Origin: Octopus vulgaris
Taxonomy: Eukaryota
Length of the DNA stretch: 64,000 nt
Direction of reading: 5' to 3'
Assembly (NCBI GenBank): GCA_951406725.2
Contig: OX597837.1
Location: forward strand, 2,604,001 to 2,668,000
Below, piece after piece: positions 58,400-64,000 of this stretch. Under the pieces are notes generated by a model. That model was not told where the DNA came from and did no database searches. It worked only from the letters and a program-made list of their open reading frames with translations. The position numbers and the translations under genes were made by a program. Every line of letters begins with the position of its first letter. Position 1 is the first letter of the stretch.

Positions 58400-59274
58400 T
58401 GTATAAGTATGTATATATATATATATATATATATGTATATGCATGTATATATATATGTATGTATATATATATATGTGTACATATATGTGTGTGTGTGTGT
58501 GTGCTTGTGTGTGTGTATTTGTCATATGCTTCAATCAGGTGAGAAACGATAACGTGTTTAAGCACCGCCAATTGAAAAAAGAACTTTTGTTGCAACACAA
58601 TATATATATACAGACGGACATATAGACACACAGACATACATGCAGACAGGCAGACATAAATACATTCAGACAGACACATATATGCATCCATCCATCCATA
58701 CACACATACATACATACATACATCCATCCATCCATACATACATACATACATACATACATACATACATACATACATACATACACACATGCATACATACATA
58801 CATACATACATACATACATACATACATACATACATACATACATACATACATAGAATAAACGGACATGGGAATGAAGATGATGGGATAATACAATTTTATC
58901 ATAGGTTACGATCGTTTCAATACTTAGTGGAAACATTTGATCAATTTATAGATTAGTTCGGACATATAAAAAAAACGTAAGTGAATACATATATTTGGAC
59001 TAATTTATCATATAAATCTATATATTTGGAATAATTAATCATGTTAGTACAATATTTTGAGACAATAAAGGTGTGTCAGGTTGATAATAGTGCTGTGGTG
59101 GGTGGTGGTGGTGTTCTTCTGTCGGGTATCCGACCTGTAGAGTACACGTTGTGGCAGTTGTTTATTTTATTGTTTATTTTATCGTGTGTTTGGGAATTGT
59201 TTTGTTTGGGTTGTATTATTGAATGATAGTGTCACGCGTGTTATTATTATTATTGTTATTATTATTATTACTAC

Positions 59275-59325
<51 letters not shown>

Positions 59326-59334
59326 CATTATTAT

Positions 59335-59367
<33 letters not shown>

Positions 59368-59508
59368 AACTACTCCTAATATTAGTATTATCATCATCAT
59401 CATCATTATCATATTTTACTTCTCAGAGACCTCGAACTTATTTGCTTCTGTAAGTTCTGTAGGATCGGACAGCATACTTTTGAAAAGTATGAAGGGGAAG
59501 AAAACATT

Positions 59509-59539
<31 letters not shown>

Positions 59540-59609
59540 AAGAAGAAGAAGAAGAAGAAGAAGAAGAAGAAGAAGAAGAAGAAGAAGAAGAAGAAGAAGA
59601 AGAAGAATC

Positions 59610-59780
59610 CGTGTTCTGCTGTAGGCACAAGGCTTGATGTTTTGAGGAAGTGGGTAGTCGACTACATCGATTCCCCTACTTCACTGGTACTTAATTTATC
59701 GACCCCGAAAAGATGAAAGGCAAAGTCAGCCTCAGCGGAATTTGAACCCTGAACGTAAGGATGAACGAAATGCCGCTAAG
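59610..59780 (-). mobile_element. Family B SINE
   Basis: CTGGTACTTAATTTATCGACCCCGAAAAGATGAAAGGCAAAGTC..GCGGAATTTGAAC. Confidence 0.7.
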
Positions 59781-59994
59781 CATTAAGTATTAATATTAAG
59801 TATCGTGGAAGATACTCAACACCCAAGTTACAATCTCAAAATCCTGGCTGCACCAATAGAACAGTTATTTGGATATATTCTGCCCTCATGTCAATTCCAA
59901 TTTCCCCATATTTCTCAAACTTCGTTGTTAGTGATCTGAATGCCCTTATATATTATTACATATTGTATATTAACTCGCCGGATAAAATTTACGA

Positions 59995-60085
59995 GAGAGG
60001 GATGACCTCCCTTTGCAAATATCATAAGGGCACAGAAAGTGTGCCTAAAGCCAGCTGGAGACGATGATCTCCTGGGGCTAAAAGC
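59995..60085 (+). mobile_element. Diverged fragment of the 33681-34160 family
   Basis: CCTCCCTTTGCAAATATCATAAGGGCACAGAAAG..AAAGCC..GGAGACG..CCTGGGGCTAAA aligns to 33964-34040. Confidence 0.55.
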
Positions 60086-60563
60086 TACAGTAACACCCAC
60101 CCTTAGTGGTTAGCCATATTGAGATGGCTAGTATACTTTACATTTAGTTTTCGTTTACTAACAAATTTATATGCGAGAGCCTGTTTAAATATATATATAC
60201 ACATATATACGTATATATCTACGTGTGTGTGTGTGTGTGTGTGTGTGTGAGTGAGTGAGTAGTTATATTCACACATATATAGATAGATACAGACATAGAT
60301 ATCAAAATACATGTATATATACAAATATACATATTTATATATAACATATGATATATATATAATCTTAAAGAAGTGTGTGTATGTATACACACAGATATAT
60401 ATTGTATATTATGCATATATGCAAATGTATATATATATATATGCATACACACATACATATATATTATATATTATGCATATATACAAATGTATATATATAT
60501 TTATATTATGTATGTATATATATGCATACACACACATATATTGTATATTATGTATATATGCAA

Positions 60564-60611
<48 letters not shown>

Positions 60612-61607
60612 TTGCAAGTACATACAAACATATATACATGTAGGCATGCATACAAACATACATAGTTACAAGTATATATTTCTTACGTTCAACTTTCCAA
60701 AAGTTCTTATACTTGTCGCCATTCTACTAAGTTTTGCGAATTTATTTCTCACACTTTTATTTTTATTTTTATGCATTTTCCTCAAATTTTTCCTCCACCA
60801 TTTTATTTTGTAGTTTTTATATTTTTCCCTTGGCTTTTTTTTTTTATAAGTATTTTATATTTTCCTGAGTTTTGTTTTTTTTTCCTCCCTTTTCATTTTC
60901 TATCGATGAAGAAGGCAGGGTGAAGAAACATTTCTAAAGAATAAAGGTTAAAAAAATATACAGAATAGAAAAATTATTTTAAATTCTAGTTTTTTTTGCA
61001 TCGTATATTCTATAGTAGGAATTTCAATTATTTGCTCATTTCACATATATAATAATCCAGTATCTAGTGAGAACAACTTCCTGTATGACTAATTTTCTTT
61101 GCTTTGTATTTCATATTTATTTTTTCTTTGTTTTTGTTTTTGCTTCGCCTAATCATCATCAATATTATCATCGTTGTTGCTGCTGTTGTTGTTATTATTG
61201 TTATTATTATTTTCATTACGATTTTCATTAAAATTATTGTCATTAACATTTATTATTATTATCGTCGTCGTCATCCACCACCTCTTCTTCCTCGTCTTCC
61301 TCGTCTTCCTCATCGTCGTTCTCCTCTTCCTCCTCCTCATCGTCATCGTCGATCTCATCGTCAACACACCGTCGTTGTTATTGTCAACATTGCCATGATG
61401 ATCATCTTCATCATCATCAATATGATCATCATCGCCACTACATCATCATCAGTCATCATCTGTCATTATCATCATCATCATCATCATCATTATTATTATT
61501 ATTATTATTATTATTACAAGTTTTTCCAATTTTGTTTCCATTTCTTCCTGAGTATCTTCCTGACACCTATAATTATTATTATTAGTAGTAGTAGTAGTAG
61601 TAGTAGC

Positions 61608-61683
<76 letters not shown>

Positions 61684-61984
61684 TAGTCTTTGTTGTTGTT
61701 ATCCTTCTTCTTGCGTATTGTTTCTTTGGTATTCTTTTGCAAAAAATGTCCACTTTTTTATTATTTTCTTTATTATATTTTTTGTGCTCAAGGAGTAACC
61801 AACCTTTCTATAAAATTTGAAGTGAGAAGGAGGGGGTATTTTTTATTTTGTTTTGTTATGTTGGTGTTGTTGTTATTGCTTTTGCTTTGTGTGCGATGAG
61901 GGGGTGGGGATCTGACGATGTTCCAAATGAAGTTGAAGTGAAGGATAGAGTAGAAAAAATACATATACACATACGTACATATAT

Positions 61985-62054
<70 letters not shown>

Positions 62055-62198
62055 TATATACGTATATATGCATATGTATGTAGAAATACATAATACATCA
62101 TATATTCTTGTATATATCTCTATGTAGACATAATCACATGCACACACATATGTGCGTGTGTTTGTGTATGTGTGTACAGCTATCTGTCTCCATCCGTC

Positions 62199-62236
<38 letters not shown>

Positions 62237-62312
62237 CGTATGTATGTGTATATATATATATATATATATTTATGTATATATATATATACAGATATATACA
62301 CAAGCACACATA

Positions 62313-62358
<46 letters not shown>

Positions 62359-62546
62359 AACTTTCCTTTCAAAACATTTCATTACTAATAATAATAAAAA
62401 TAAGAAGAAGAAAAATAATAATAATGATGATGATAAGAAGAAGAAGAAGAAGAAGAAGAAGAACAACAACAACAACAACAATAACAACTATAATTATAAA
62501 AACAGCAACAATAATAATAAAGCTATAATAATAGTAAATAATAACA

Positions 62547-62587
<41 letters not shown>

Positions 62588-63347
62588 GAATGTAATAAAA
62601 AAAACTGAAGTAATTAGAAGGAAATAATGACTGTGGCGCGGCGCGAAACTCAAACGACTGGTTATTAGTTGGACAGATAATAAGACAAATATTTGTCAAG
62701 TACTTTCTTTTTCTTTTTCTTTCTAATTTGCTTTGTATTTATTTTATAAAATCTTTCTATTAATACTTACCAATTTTTTACCTTTTTTGCAGTTCTGTAA
62801 TAATAACTGAGAAAACCGTGAACCGGAGTCTTATTTATTGGAGACAATAGAAGTTCTGGACAACCTTTTGAAAAGGTTGCAAGTTCGTAATCACTCAACG
62901 GCGTTAAGACATTTTTTTTTGTTAAGATAATTTATCTTACAATGACTCAGTGCAATTAGATGTTAATAGGTGCCATTCGGTAGCATAACTCAAGAAGGTT
63001 TAATATATGTACATTTGTAAGTATACATAGGAAAAATGGACTTACTTCCCAACAAGTAGGGATATGGGAGAATAGGGTTAAGAGTTGAAAATACACCAAG
63101 GTCTTCAAACAAAATGCAATTTTTTAAAGAATTCCTTGAACTAGAATACAGGTTTTAATTGATTTTTTTATATTTTTATATTTTTATATTTTTTTATATT
63201 TCCCATTGAAAATCAAAATTAATTGTTGAAACCGGTATGGCATTTTAATAAATTCTTAAAAATTGAAAAAACTACTATTCGCTTTAAGATCCAGCTGCAT
63301 TTTCAGTCCCAAGACTAATTATTTTTATGTATGTGCATGTAAGTATG

Positions 63348-63418
<71 letters not shown>

Positions 63419-63523
63419 GAAAAGGAGTTAAGAGTCTATGCAAATGAAAAATGAAAAATTATAGTTAAAAAGTAAATAAAGTTGGAAAAGGTACAGAAGC
63501 ATATTTTAGAGAATTTTTTTATA

Positions 63524-63712
63524 TTTAAAATGTAACCGGTTTCGATGTATCCATCTTATTAAGTATTAAGATAAATTTTGTGGGAAGTCAAAGAGAAAAG
63601 AAATTGGAAGTTAGAAGTTTGTAAAACCCACAATTTTTTTGCTTTTCACTTCCGTAAAAATCCTTTTTAATATTTGATAAGACGGATACATCGAAACCGG
63701 TTATATTTTAAA
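63524..63712. mobile_element. Decayed inverted pair of minimal hammerhead-like motifs
   Basis: Arms 63524-63569 and 63667-63712. Plus strand reads aatat-TTGATAA-gacg gata catc-GAAA-ccgg-TT-atatt, with a degenerate core. Confidence 0.45.
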
Positions 63713-63880
63713 CCACTTACTGTAACAAAAAGATAAAACTTTCTCTTTGTGCCTTTCCAACTTTATTTACTTATTTAACTACATTTGTGTGTATGTATGC
63801 ATGTATGTATGTATTTGTATGTGTATTTATGTATGTATGTATGTATGTGTGTGTGCTTATGCATATACGCATATCTTTCA

Positions 63881-63924
<44 letters not shown>

Positions 63925-63929
63925 GTACT

Positions 63930-63961
<32 letters not shown>

Positions 63962-64000
63962 TAGGGGGATGTTACGCATCATATGACTTTCGAAGGATAC

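Noticed and set aside
58900-58970. Minus-strand GAAA-CGATCG-TA palindrome
   Set aside because: No recognisable CUGANGA upstream.

Overview
AT-rich eukaryotic repeat landscape, roughly half microsatellite ((TA)n, (TAA)n, (GATA)n, (CATA)n, (GAA)n, (TTG)n). The SINE families and microsatellite density point to an octopus genome (inference). There is no confidently identifiable host gene, and almost all ORFs in the track are microsatellite translation artefacts. Recognisable content: a cluster of R4/Dong-type RLE non-LTR retrotransposon copies anchored in (TAA)n; a Tx1/L1-type LINE 3' end in (TCTA)n; RTE fragments; several Tc1/mariner and Tigger remnants; and three tRNA-derived SINE families. The most striking signal is several sequence-distinct families of ORF-less elements sitting in (TA)n. 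They carry type I hammerhead ribozyme motifs (CUGANGA..GAAA..NUH) with near-palindromic stem III, arranged as inverted and partial-tandem repeats, which is Penelope-pLTR/retrozyme-like architecture. The best case (23528-24633) has three apparently identical hammerheads, a perfect 321-bp inverted repeat and a predicted 507-nt self-excising monomer. A diverged sibling at 56469-56754 shows compensatory changes in every stem. All coordinates and structures were read by eye, and no ribozyme activity is demonstrated.
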